Shown: piece after piece, positions 55,872 to 64,000 of the stretch
Position numbering within the stretch: the first letter of the stretch is position 1
Layout of the letters: every line of letters starts with the position of its first letter
NCBI GenBank assembly: GCA_026225215.1
Contig: JAMFSI010000039.1
Span: 8,897 to 72,896 of the forward strand
From: Sphingomonas palustris
GTDB taxonomy: Bacteria > Pseudomonadota > Alphaproteobacteria > Sphingomonadales > Sphingomonadaceae
Direction: 5' to 3'
Length of the DNA stretch: 64,000 nt
Program-made: the position numbers and the translations under genes
Notes under the pieces: model-generated
Seen by the model: only the letters and a program-made list of their open reading frames with translations
Databases searched by the model: none
What the model was told of the DNA's origin: nothing

Positions 55872-56416
55872 GCGCGAACCGCATCTTGTCGAAGGCTGCG
55901 TCGCTGCTGGTGGTGGCGCTGCCGCTTGGCGGCTGCGGTTTGCAGCCGATGTACGGGGAGGGGCCGCATGGCTCGGTGGCCCAGGGAATGGCCGCGATCG
56001 AGGTGCCCGCGATCCCCGGCAAATCGGGTTGGCTGATGCGCAATGCGCTCATCGATCAGCTGCATGCGGCGGGATCGCCGGGCATCACACCGCGCTACCG
56101 GCTCGATGTGCGCCTCGACGACAAGCTTGAGGGCCTCGGCCTGCTGGCCAATAACACCGTCGGGCGTGAACGGCGCACGGTGCGCGCACGCTACCAGCTC
56201 GTCGAGATCGCCACCAATCGTGTCCTGCTCGACGCGACCGCCGGATCGGATGCCGGCATCGATGTGGTGTCCTCGGAATATGCCACGGTAGCGGGTGAGG
56301 AAACCGCGATGGAGAATCTGGTCCGCGTGGTCGCGCAGCGCATCATCATCAAGGTGTCGCTGCAATTGCGCAATTCGAACGATGGCTCTGCGGGAGCTGG
56401 CGACAAAACCAAGTGA
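55868..56416 (+). CDS. lptE: LPS assembly lipoprotein LptE
   Basis: Lipobox [11 protein letters not shown]; position between leuS and holA. Confidence 0.85.
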   Translation: MSANRILSKAASLLVVALPLGGCGLQPMYGEGPHGSVAQGMAAIEVPAIPGKSGWLMRNALIDQLHAAGSPGITPRYRLDVRLDDKLEGLGLLANNTVGRERRTVRARYQLVEIATNRVLLDATAGSDAGIDVVSSEYATVAGEETAMENLVRVVAQRIIIKVSLQLRNSNDGSAGAGDKTK

Positions 56417-56423
56417 CCGGGCG

Positions 56424-57455
56424 GTGAAGGCGACTCAAAAAGACTTCGCCACTGTCGCCGCCAAGGCCGCTAACCAGGCCCGCATTTTCTTCTTCTGTGG
56501 CCCCGATGAAGCCGGCGCGCACGACGCGGTAGAGCAAGTGGCGGCGTTGCTGACCGATGCCGGCGAGCGGATCGAATTGTCAGGCGCGGAGATCAAGCGC
56601 GATCCGGTCCGGCTCGGCGACGAGGCGCGCTCGATCTCGCTGTTCGGCGATGCCCGCCACATCGTCGTGCGAGCGCAGGGCGACGAGATCTGCGATGCGC
56701 TCGAAAACCTGCTGGCTGGAGATGTGGCGCCGTGCCCGGTGCTGATCGTTGCCGCCAATGCCACCGATAAATCGCGCACCGCCAAATTGCTCGCCCCGCG
56801 CGGGGATGCACTGGTGGCGATGTTCTATCCCCCTGACTTGCGCTCCGCCAGCGAAGCGGTGCGCCGGATGGCGAGCGGGGCCGGCCTGCGCATAGGCGGC
56901 GATCTCGCCGAACGGATCGCGCGGGCGACCGGCCTCGATTCGCGGCTGGCGCAATCCGAGGTGACCAAGCTCGCGCTGTTTCTCGATGCCAGCCCGGAGC
57001 GGCCGCGGGGCGCCGATGCCGAAGCGCTCGATGCGATCGGTGCCCGCACCGAGGAGGATGGCTTCGCGCCGCTGGTCAATGCCGTGCTCGGGGGAGAGAC
57101 TGGGCGGCTCTCCGGGGAATTACGGCGGATGCGCGAATTGGGCCTGAGCCCGGTCGGCTTGCTGCTGGCTTTTGAACGCCGCGCCGCACAATTGGCAGCA
57201 TTGGCCGCAAAGCTGGGGCCGCGCGGCGATATTCGTGGTCTTCTGGAAGCGGAAAAGGCTGCCCGCCGGGTCTTCTGGAAGGATGAACGTGATCTGGCGG
57301 CGCAGTTGAAAGTCTGGCGTGGCCGCCGGCTGGAGCGGTTGATCGAGCGGCTGATGAGTCTGCATCGGGCTTTGCTCGCGAACAGCCAAAGTGCCGAGCT
57401 GCTGATGGCGCAAGGCCTGGCTGAGATTACCAGGGCCGGCGCCCGCCGAAGCTAG
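56424..57455 (+). CDS. holA: DNA polymerase III delta subunit
   Basis: FFFCGPDE, SISLFG, ELTKL-like SEVTKLALF; leuS-lptE-holA synteny; GTG start 56424. Confidence 0.92.
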   Translation: MKATQKDFATVAAKAANQARIFFFCGPDEAGAHDAVEQVAALLTDAGERIELSGAEIKRDPVRLGDEARSISLFGDARHIVVRAQGDEICDALENLLAGDVAPCPVLIVAANATDKSRTAKLLAPRGDALVAMFYPPDLRSASEAVRRMASGAGLRIGGDLAERIARATGLDSRLAQSEVTKLALFLDASPERPRGADAEALDAIGARTEEDGFAPLVNAVLGGETGRLSGELRRMRELGLSPVGLLLAFERRAAQLAALAAKLGPRGDIRGLLEAEKAARRVFWKDERDLAAQLKVWRGRRLERLIERLMSLHRALLANSQSAELLMAQGLAEITRAGARRS

Positions 57456-57597
57456 GGCGAGCTGGTCGAAGATTGATTGTACGCTGATGTTTTACAAGAT
57501 TGCCACGATCTCCGAAGCAGTACACAAGTCATTGATAAATAATGAATGATACGGGTCAAAATAAGTCATTCCCAACGCGGATGGTCACATCGGACCG

Positions 57598-59100
57598 TTG
57601 GCGACGGTGGCTATGAATTATATCGATTCACTGCTGGGCCGCGATTTGCGCGACTTTTCCGAAGGCGACTTCGAGGGCAATCCCGGAACTACGGAAACAG
57701 GCTGGACCGCAGGTCGGGCCCAGGATGTTCGCAAGGCGCCAGCGGACGCCGATTCGATGCCGCTCATGCCGTCGTTGATGCGGCGGCGCCTGCAATGTTA
57801 CGGGGCGTTGATGGCCAGTGATATTGCCGCGCTGTTCGCCAGTTTCGCCGTCACCGGATATGTCTATCTCGATCGCTACGGGCTGCAAACTTCGCTGGTG
57901 CTCGCGCAGTTGTTGCTCCCGGTGTTCCTGACGGTCGCGCTATACAACGGCGCCTATTCGATGCGTTCGCTGGTCCGGTTCAGCCACAGTGTCGGGCGCG
58001 TGTCGCTGGCCTTGCTGATTTCATGGGTGGCGGTGGTGTTCATCGCCTTTTACACCAAGTCCTCGCACGAATTCTCGCGGATCAGCTTTGCCTTCGGGGC
58101 GTTCCTCGGCCTGCTCATCATGATCTGGAGCCGCCTGCAGCTGCGCGCCTTCGTGCGCTGGCGGTGTGGCGCTACGGTAATAAACGAACTCGTCATCGAT
58201 GATGGTGGGCCGCCGGTGACGATCGGCAGCGGGTTTCATGTCTCGGCCAGAGATTTTGGGCTCGAGCCGCGGCTGAACGATCCGCATGCGCTGGATCGCA
58301 TCGGGCTGGTCATGCGCAACGCCGATCGGGTCATCGTCAGCACGCCGGAGGACCGCCGCGCCGCCTGGGCGATCATCCTCAAGAGCGCCAATGTCGCCGG
58401 TGAGGTGATCGACGAAACCGTAGCGCGGTTGTCGGCGACCGGGGCGCGGCAAGTGGATGGGCAAGGGGTGCTGCAAGTGTCGGTGGGGCCGCTGGGCGTG
58501 CGCGACCAGATCACTAAGCGCCTGCTCGATATCGGGGTTGCCACGGCTGGGTTGCTGCTGTTTTTGCCGCTGCTGCTGGTGGTGGCCCTGGCGATCAAGC
58601 TGGAAGATCGCGGGCCGATATTCTTTGTCCAACGCCGCGTCGGCCGCGGCACCCGGTTTTTTACGATCTATAAATTTCGCAGCATGACCGAAAACAAGGC
58701 GGGGAGCGACGGTACCCTGTCCACCGCACGCCACGACAAGCGGGTCACCCGCGTCGGTCGGATTATCCGCCGCACCAGCATCGACGAATTGCCTCAGCTG
58801 TTCAATGTCCTGCGCGGCGATATGGGGCTGGTCGGCCCCCGGCCGCATGCGATCAGTTCACAAGCGGGTGACAAGCTGTTCTGGGAGGTCGACGCCCGCT
58901 ATTGGGAGCGGCATGCGCTCCGCCCCGGGCTGACCGGTTTGGCCCAGATCCGGGGCTTGCGTGGTGCGACCGAACGAGAGTCGGATCTGGTCAGACGGCT
59001 CAACGCCGATCTGGAATATCTCGATGGCTGGTCGCTGTGGCGTGATTTGTGGATTATTCTGATGACCTTCCGGGTTGTCGTCCACGATCAGGCCTTTTGA
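57598..59100 (+). CDS. priming sugar-phosphate transferase (WcaJ/SpsB-like)
   Basis: N-terminal TM bundle; KRLLDI, FTIYKFRSM, SIDELPQLFNVLRGDMGLVGPRP, RPGLTGLAQI. Confidence 0.93.
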   Translation: MATVAMNYIDSLLGRDLRDFSEGDFEGNPGTTETGWTAGRAQDVRKAPADADSMPLMPSLMRRRLQCYGALMASDIAALFASFAVTGYVYLDRYGLQTSLVLAQLLLPVFLTVALYNGAYSMRSLVRFSHSVGRVSLALLISWVAVVFIAFYTKSSHEFSRISFAFGAFLGLLIMIWSRLQLRAFVRWRCGATVINELVIDDGGPPVTIGSGFHVSARDFGLEPRLNDPHALDRIGLVMRNADRVIVSTPEDRRAAWAIILKSANVAGEVIDETVARLSATGARQVDGQGVLQVSVGPLGVRDQITKRLLDIGVATAGLLLFLPLLLVVALAIKLEDRGPIFFVQRRVGRGTRFFTIYKFRSMTENKAGSDGTLSTARHDKRVTRVGRIIRRTSIDELPQLFNVLRGDMGLVGPRPHAISSQAGDKLFWEVDARYWERHALRPGLTGLAQIRGLRGATERESDLVRRLNADLEYLDGWSLWRDLWIILMTFRVVVHDQAF

Positions 59101-59191
59101 GCGACGGCTCCCGGTCGGCAAAAGCGCGCACTGGACTTTGCGTTGCCGTTTGTGATAGCCCGGCTCCGGCATTGATGGGGGCGTAGCCAGG

Positions 59192-59569
59192 ATGACTTTA
59201 CAGCTACTCAGCGTACTTGCTGCTGCGGGTCTTGTTGCTACCGGGATCGGTGGGGCCAGCGATACGCGCTCCGCGCAGTCCTTGCCTGCCCAGAATCTCG
59301 CGGTCATGCAGACGGCAGCGCCTTCCGGAAAATTGCCCGCGGTTCATCGCACCGCAAATCGTCTGGCCGACGCACCGGGCGCGGAAGGGGCATCCGCAGG
59401 CCCTTGCGTCAAGGATGACAGGCTGGTCGATGCAAACCATCTGCTTTGCCATAAGGGCGGCGTCAGTACCCCGCTGGCATTCGGTCTGGGCGCTGCGGTG
59501 ATAGCCGGCATCGCTGTCGGGGTTTCGGGTCATCACTCGGATTCGAGCAATAATTCGGTGTCCAACTAG
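59192..59569 (+). CDS. small exported protein with a C-terminal hydrophobic segment
   Basis: Signal-like N-terminus; LAFGLGAAVIAGIAVGV; Ser/Asn tail. Confidence 0.65.
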   Translation: MTLQLLSVLAAAGLVATGIGGASDTRSAQSLPAQNLAVMQTAAPSGKLPAVHRTANRLADAPGAEGASAGPCVKDDRLVDANHLLCHKGGVSTPLAFGLGAAVIAGIAVGVSGHHSDSSNNSVSN

Positions 59570-59744
59570 GCACCCCATTACTCGCGGCCGGGAAGGCTAT
59601 TCGCGGACAACTTCGAATAGCAGCCAAGGCAGGAGCGGTCGTCGGACGGTGTGCTTGGCCTAGGCGCATACCTGGGCGGTCGGGCTTGCGGGCGCTTTCG
59701 CGCGTGATATGCAGCACCGCAAAGCATCGAAATGAACGCGGGAG

Positions 59745-60554
59745 ATGGACGTGGAGCAACAGGATCTGCTGGATCTGAAGGGTCAGGTCGCGATGGTGAC
59801 GGGCGCCGGCCAGGGGGCAGGGCGAGGGATCGCGCTGATGTTCGCCGCGCATGGCGCAGGCGGCGTGGTGGTGAATGATTTCGTGGCCGAGCGCGCCGAT
59901 GCCGTGGCGGAAGAAATTCGCGCGGCGGGCGGGCGGGCGATTGGCGTTCAGGCCGATGTCGGCGATCTGGAATCGGTGCGCGCGGCGGTGGCGAGGGCAA
60001 CGGCGGAACTTGGTCCGGTGACGATCCTCGTCAACAATGCCGGCATGGCCGGCCCCAATGCGCAGATGCAGATGGCACCGCCGTTCTGGGAAACCGATCC
60101 CGCCGATTGGGACCGCTATTTTCGCACCAATTCGCAAGGCGTGATGAATTGCTGTCATGCGACGCTGCCGGCCATGGTCGCGGCAAAGCGCGGACGGATC
60201 GTCACGATCGTTTCGGATTCGGGCCGTGTCGGCGAAGCCCGCCTGTCGGTCTATGCAGCGGCGAAAGCGGCAGCGGCGGGCTTCGTGCGCTCGCTTGCGA
60301 AGGAAACCGGGCGTCACGGCATCACCTGCAACGCGATCTCGCTATCGACGCTGGAACCGTTGATGCCGCCCGAACAGCTGGCCGAGTTCCTCGCTACCGA
60401 CCGGACGAAGAATCAGCTCTCGCAATATGTCATCCGTCGCTTCGGCAAGGCCGACGACGTCGCGGCCATGGCGCTGTTCCTGTGCAGCGATGCCGCCAGC
60501 TGGATCACCGGCCAGACCTATCCGGTCAACGGCGGCTATTCCTTCGCCATTTGA
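59745..60554 (+). CDS. SDR oxidoreductase
   Basis: TGAGQGAG, NNAG, YAAAK, WITGQTYPVNGG. Confidence 0.93.
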   Translation: MDVEQQDLLDLKGQVAMVTGAGQGAGRGIALMFAAHGAGGVVVNDFVAERADAVAEEIRAAGGRAIGVQADVGDLESVRAAVARATAELGPVTILVNNAGMAGPNAQMQMAPPFWETDPADWDRYFRTNSQGVMNCCHATLPAMVAAKRGRIVTIVSDSGRVGEARLSVYAAAKAAAAGFVRSLAKETGRHGITCNAISLSTLEPLMPPEQLAEFLATDRTKNQLSQYVIRRFGKADDVAAMALFLCSDAASWITGQTYPVNGGYSFAI

Positions 60555-60630
60555 GGCATCGTTGGATTGTCTGCGATGCGATTCGATGACCGCATCACAT
60601 TGCTCTTTAAATACAATATGTTGGTACGAC

Positions 60631-60656
60631 TGGAGCGGTAGCGGGAATCGAAACCC
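60631..60656 (-). other. degenerate tRNA-Gly 3'-end fragment, candidate att site / island boundary
   Basis: Minus strand GGGTTTCGATTCCCGCTACCGCTCCA vs the tRNA-Gly(TCC) 3' end as I recall it, GGGTTCGATTCCCGCTACCCGCTCCA; no 5' half nearby; composition shifts to AT-richer sequence here. Confidence 0.75.
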
Positions 60657-60849
60657 CCTTTTAACCACCTGTAATAAAAACGAATGCTGCATTGCAACAA
60701 AAATAAAGGCCCCACAGCATGGCCCCACTCCCTGTCCGCAAATCGGGTTTGAAGCATGAGCATGTACGGCTGGCAGGCCCGACTTCCGCAATAATAACCA
60801 AGGTCGTTGGGCCCCTCCGAGCAATTCCAGGCTCAGACCCAACCAAGCA

Positions 60850-61236
60850 TTGGCGGAGGGCCGCCCGCGCAAGCAGAAGCGCACGATCAAGCAGCTTCAC
60901 GCTGATCTCGTGAGCCTGGGCTACGACGGCTCTTATGGCCGGGTGGCGGTCTTTGCGAGAGGCTGGCGCGATGATTATCTTCGCCAGCAGCACATGAGCG
61001 GCAAAGGCATCTTCGTGCCTCTATCGTTTGCGCCGGGCGAAGCTTTCCAGTTCGACTGGAGCGAAGACTGGGCGATTATCGATGGAGTGCGCACCAAGCT
61101 GCAGGTGGCGCACTTCAAGCTCAGCTACAGCCGGGCTTTCTTTGTGCGGGCCTATCTTCTCCAGACCCATGAGATGTTGTTCGATGCCCATAACCATGCG
61201 TTCCGCGTGTTGGGAGGCGTGCCGCGCGGTGGCATT
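60850..61236 (+). pseudogene. IS21-family IstA transposase internal fragment
   Basis: RTIKQLHADLVSLGYDGSY, FAPGEAFQFDWSED, LSYSRAFFVRAY, FDAHNHAF..LGGVPR; lacks the N-terminal HTH and stops just before the YDN motif. Confidence 0.9.
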
Positions 61237-61238
61237 TG

Positions 61239-61340
61239 GCCCGGATTGCTGGCAATGGCCTTGGGACCGCCGTTCGCAAGTGCCAATCCATAAGGTAACG
61301 TGGCATTGTTCAAAGCGTGACAGGACGTCCGGGGAACGCG
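61239..61340 (-). pseudogene. ald: alanine dehydrogenase C-terminal fragment
   Basis: VPRTSCHALNNATLPYGLALANGG resembles the AlaDH motif VPRTST.ALNNATLP...LAN.G. Confidence 0.7.
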
Positions 61341-61416
61341 GTCCACCATATCGCGCGTGATCATGTTGATTGCTGCGAACTGCTGCCGGGTACGACCTGC
61401 CATCAGAGTATCTCGT

Positions 61417-62175
61417 CTACACGAGGTCGCCGGCACGCTGACCGATTGAGGTGCGATCATGTGCGCGATCCAAATGCAGGTAGGTACCGCTGAATTGTGC
61501 AGCGTCCTTGAGGAGGTCGGGCTCGATGACGGTGACTACTCCCCCTCTCAGCTCGATTAATCCGTCTGCCCTGAGCTTCTGGAGCATGCGATTGGCATGC
61601 GCTGGAGTGAGGCCGGTAGCGTCGGCAAGATCGGTTTGGGTGATTGGGAAGGCAAAGCTGTTGCCGTCTGTCAATTCGACCATTCGGTAACGCACCAGCA
61701 TTTCGTAAAGTAGGTGGGCGATCCGAACATAAGCGCTGCGCCGGCCCTCATCGACAATCCGTTCACGGAGTACACCGAGGTCCGTCATTGTCCCCCACCA
61801 TAGGGCTTCACCGAGACTGCTTGTTTCTCGCAAGAGCGTCTTCATAGCCTCGGCTGGAATCAGTGCCGTTGTTGTAGGCGTGATCGCGGCGACGCCATGA
61901 TCCATAATCTTCAGAATGAAAATTTCCGCGTCGCAGAGATCGCCAGGAATCAGGAAGGCCATGATCTGACGTCCGCCATCCGGCAGTAGTTTGTAGCGGC
62001 AGGCGAGCCCGGAAAGGACCACATGGCAGTGGCCCGAATGTGCTCCCTCAGCGATAATGTCTTCTTTAGGGGCGTGAATCTCGCGGTCCGCGCAGATCAG
62101 TTGATCCAAGCGTCGCTTTTCCATGTCAGAAAAAGCCGTGAATTGCTCCATCTTCATCGTCCATGGATTGAACAT
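61417..62175 (-). CDS. Crp/Fnr-family regulator (FixK-like, no Fe-S Cys cluster seen)
   Basis: RYKLLPDGGRQIMAFLIPGD, RIAHLLYE, ITQTDLADATGLTPAHANRMLQKL. Confidence 0.93.
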   Translation of the reverse strand: MFNPWTMKMEQFTAFSDMEKRRLDQLICADREIHAPKEDIIAEGAHSGHCHVVLSGLACRYKLLPDGGRQIMAFLIPGDLCDAEIFILKIMDHGVAAITPTTTALIPAEAMKTLLRETSSLGEALWWGTMTDLGVLRERIVDEGRRSAYVRIAHLLYEMLVRYRMVELTDGNSFAFPITQTDLADATGLTPAHANRMLQKLRADGLIELRGGVVTVIEPDLLKDAAQFSGTYLHLDRAHDRTSIGQRAGDLV

Positions 62176-62481
62176 CTCATCCCCAATCTATGTGCGGTTC
62201 GCGCCTGAACCGCTCCGTCGGATGGGCGATAGGCGGAAGTTTATCTCAACCCTCGATTCAGATCGCCATTTCCTGGGCGCCGCTGCAAAAAAATCGTTCG
62301 GCAAAGGCCCGCTACTTGGACGATATATCTCTCAACGCCTAAGGGATAGCGATCTATATCAGTCTATCTTGTTGACCGCTTTAAAAAAGCTAAATATTTC
62401 AATAAATAATTCCGATTATAAATCGCATTTATACTGATCTGTATGAGCATCGAATAATCCCAATGCTGTCAGATTCAGGCG

Positions 62482-62673
62482 ATGATGTCTCAACAAGACT
62501 GTGCCGAAAAGGCCCAAATGTGTGAACGGTTGGCCGCCGAGGTTCGCGATGCGGCGCATAGCGCCGATTGGCTGGAGATGGCGGCCCATTGGCGCGAATT
62601 GGCGGGGGATGTCAACGGTCAAGCAACGCTCGCCCGCTTGATGAATATAGATCGAATGCGCGCTAATTGTTGA
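62482..62673 (+). CDS. small helical hypothetical protein
   Basis: 63 aa, KAQMCERLA...WLEMAAHWRELA; CAGG upstream of ATG. Confidence 0.6.
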   Translation: MMSQQDCAEKAQMCERLAAEVRDAAHSADWLEMAAHWRELAGDVNGQATLARLMNIDRMRANC

Positions 62674-63421
62674 TCTCCAGCGCGCTCGTATCCAGCAACG
62701 CCGTAGAGACCCTTCTGGAGTCTCCGGCGTCTGATGGATGGCTGCCGTCATCTGAGGGACCATCGAGTGCGGGGGCACTAGGTGGCGGCAGTCCTTTCAA
62801 CAGCCGCAAATGGCCAATCAAAGGCTCGGGGCCAAGAGACCGCTTCTCTGAAACAGTCCGGAAATTCGTTCAATTCGTGAAGGGTATCAAAAGCGGCCGT
62901 GCTGGTCTTGGTGAGACGAAAGATCTGATATCGCTTCTCCAGGGCCGCCGCGCGATCGACAAGCTGGTTTCCAAAAGAGATCGCTTCCCGCCGCCTCGAT
63001 CGACTGGACCTGGGCAAACGCCCCAACCACAAGTGTAAGCAAATGAGACCTACGCAAACCTGGAATTGCGGACATTCGAAGTCGCCGGAGAACACCAGCG
63101 GCTCTGGCAAGAGCGCCAGCTGCCTGGGGTGTCGTGACGAACGCGAGAAAGGCAATCGTCGCCGAATGAACAAAGCCGGTCTTGGCTACAGTGATTCCAG
63201 CGAGTTCAGCCGGCTACGGTTGGTCCCACTCGATATGTCGAAGTCAGATGGCCATTATCTCGCTTGCTTGCGGGCGAGTAATCACGCTTTCCTTCGTGCC
63301 CTATGGAATTCGCACGAACGCGTGATGCTGGCCCACAAGACCCAGGGCCGCCAGGTTGTACGGCCATGATCGGCTCTACGTTTCTAGAGCTTTCAACCAC
63401 AACGAGGCGTAATTTAGCCCG

Positions 63422-64000
63422 CTAAACCGCCGCCAAACTATGCTCGCCTTCAGCACGAACTCCTAGCTGGTGAGTAATCGAAACTATGGTCCCAGGGTTG
63501 GCGTCTTCAACTGCTATCTCGGCATCGAGTTGCATTGCGAGCGCATGGACGAGGCTGGAGCCGAGGCCGGCAATGGCGCATTCCGGAGTGGACGGCATCC
63601 CGACCCCATCGTCCCCTACCGAGAGCGTCCAAGCTGGTCCGTGCGCTTCGTAGCGGACGATAATTTTCCCGCTTCGGCGATCTGGAAAGGCGTGTTTGAT
63701 CGCATTAATCACGAGCTCCGTAACGATTAGCCCCATACTCATCGAGGGCCCGGCCGCGGCGACCGACTGCTTTGCCTGGACCTCCAACGAAAGGTGGTCT
63801 TCGTTTTGGATCATCGATGCCGCAATGCTCTTGCACAAATCGCCGAGGTAAGCACGCATCTCGACATCGCCCAGCCTGGTGATGGCTAGATGATGCTGGA
63901 GAGAGGCCACCGACATGAGCCGCTGGTGTGCGTTGTAAAGATGACCGCGGGTCTCGTCCGATGCCACTCTTCGCGCGCTTTGCATGAGGACGCTGGCGAT
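63422..64000 (-). CDS. HisKA_2/HWE-type histidine kinase C-terminal part, runs off the right edge
   Basis: IASVLMQSAR, SLQHHL, ELVINAIKHAF, DDGVG, GLGSSLV. Confidence 0.9.
   Translation of the reverse strand: MASVLMQSARRVASDETRGHLYNAHQRLMSVASLQHHLAITRLGDVEMRAYLGDLCKSIAASMIQNEDHLSLEVQAKQSVAAAGPSMSMGLIVTELVINAIKHAFPDRRSGKIIVRYEAHGPAWTLSVGDDGVGMPSTPECAIAGLGSSLVHALAMQLDAEIAVEDANPGTIVSITHQLGVRAEGEHSLAAV

Noticed and set aside
60631-60656. Functional tRNA gene
   Set aside because: Only the 3' ~26 nt are present, with indels; no D-arm or anticodon arm upstream
62260-62480. Fnr/FixK box (TTGA-N6-TCAA) or EcfG promoter near the island Crp gene
   Set aside because: No match with correct spacing found
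62667-63400. ORFs 62667-63038 (+), 62778-63173 (-), 63043-63369 (+), 63206-63400 (-); faint receiver-like spacing in 62778-63173
   Set aside because: No convincing motif in any frame; may be decayed coding DNA, but needs TBLASTN/HMM evidence

Overview
A 64-kb piece of high-GC alphaproteobacterial chromosome. Gene content (EcfG/NepR, TonB-like protein, leuS-lptE-holA, many SDRs, repeat types) suggests Sphingomonadaceae, probably Novosphingobium (inference). Left to right: a MarR/isochorismatase/MFS operon; a CHASE3-GAF hybrid kinase with CheR, CheB and a second kinase but no MCP/CheA/CheW; a ~15-kb catabolic region (11.2-26.1 kb: acyl-CoA ligase, MaoC, DUF35, thiolase-like protein, five SDRs, two CMD/AhpD proteins, ALDH, EthD, IclR, GntR) with a recurring TTCCA-N4-TGGAA operator; a CYP172-like P450 with a coupled partner; housekeeping genes (thiD, glmM, glnE, bcp, galU, murA, phbB, leuS, lptE, holA); a general-stress locus (ecfG, nepR, HWE kinase) sharing one palindromic two-way EcfG promoter; an intact IS1595 with TIRs, 8-bp TSD and a passenger gene; and from ~60.63 kb the edge of a genomic island marked by a degenerate tRNA-Gly 3'-end (att-like) with IS21 and alanine dehydrogenase scars, a Crp regulator and a kinase. 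The most unusual signal is a 5-copy, ~145-190-bp three-hairpin intergenic element. It keeps its structure while its sequence varies, its central loop occurs in both orientations relative to its flanks, and two copies bracket an accessory NTF2-like gene. Five further REP-like palindrome types are present. No CRISPR array, rRNA or intact tRNA was seen. All product calls come from motif reading; no database searches were run.
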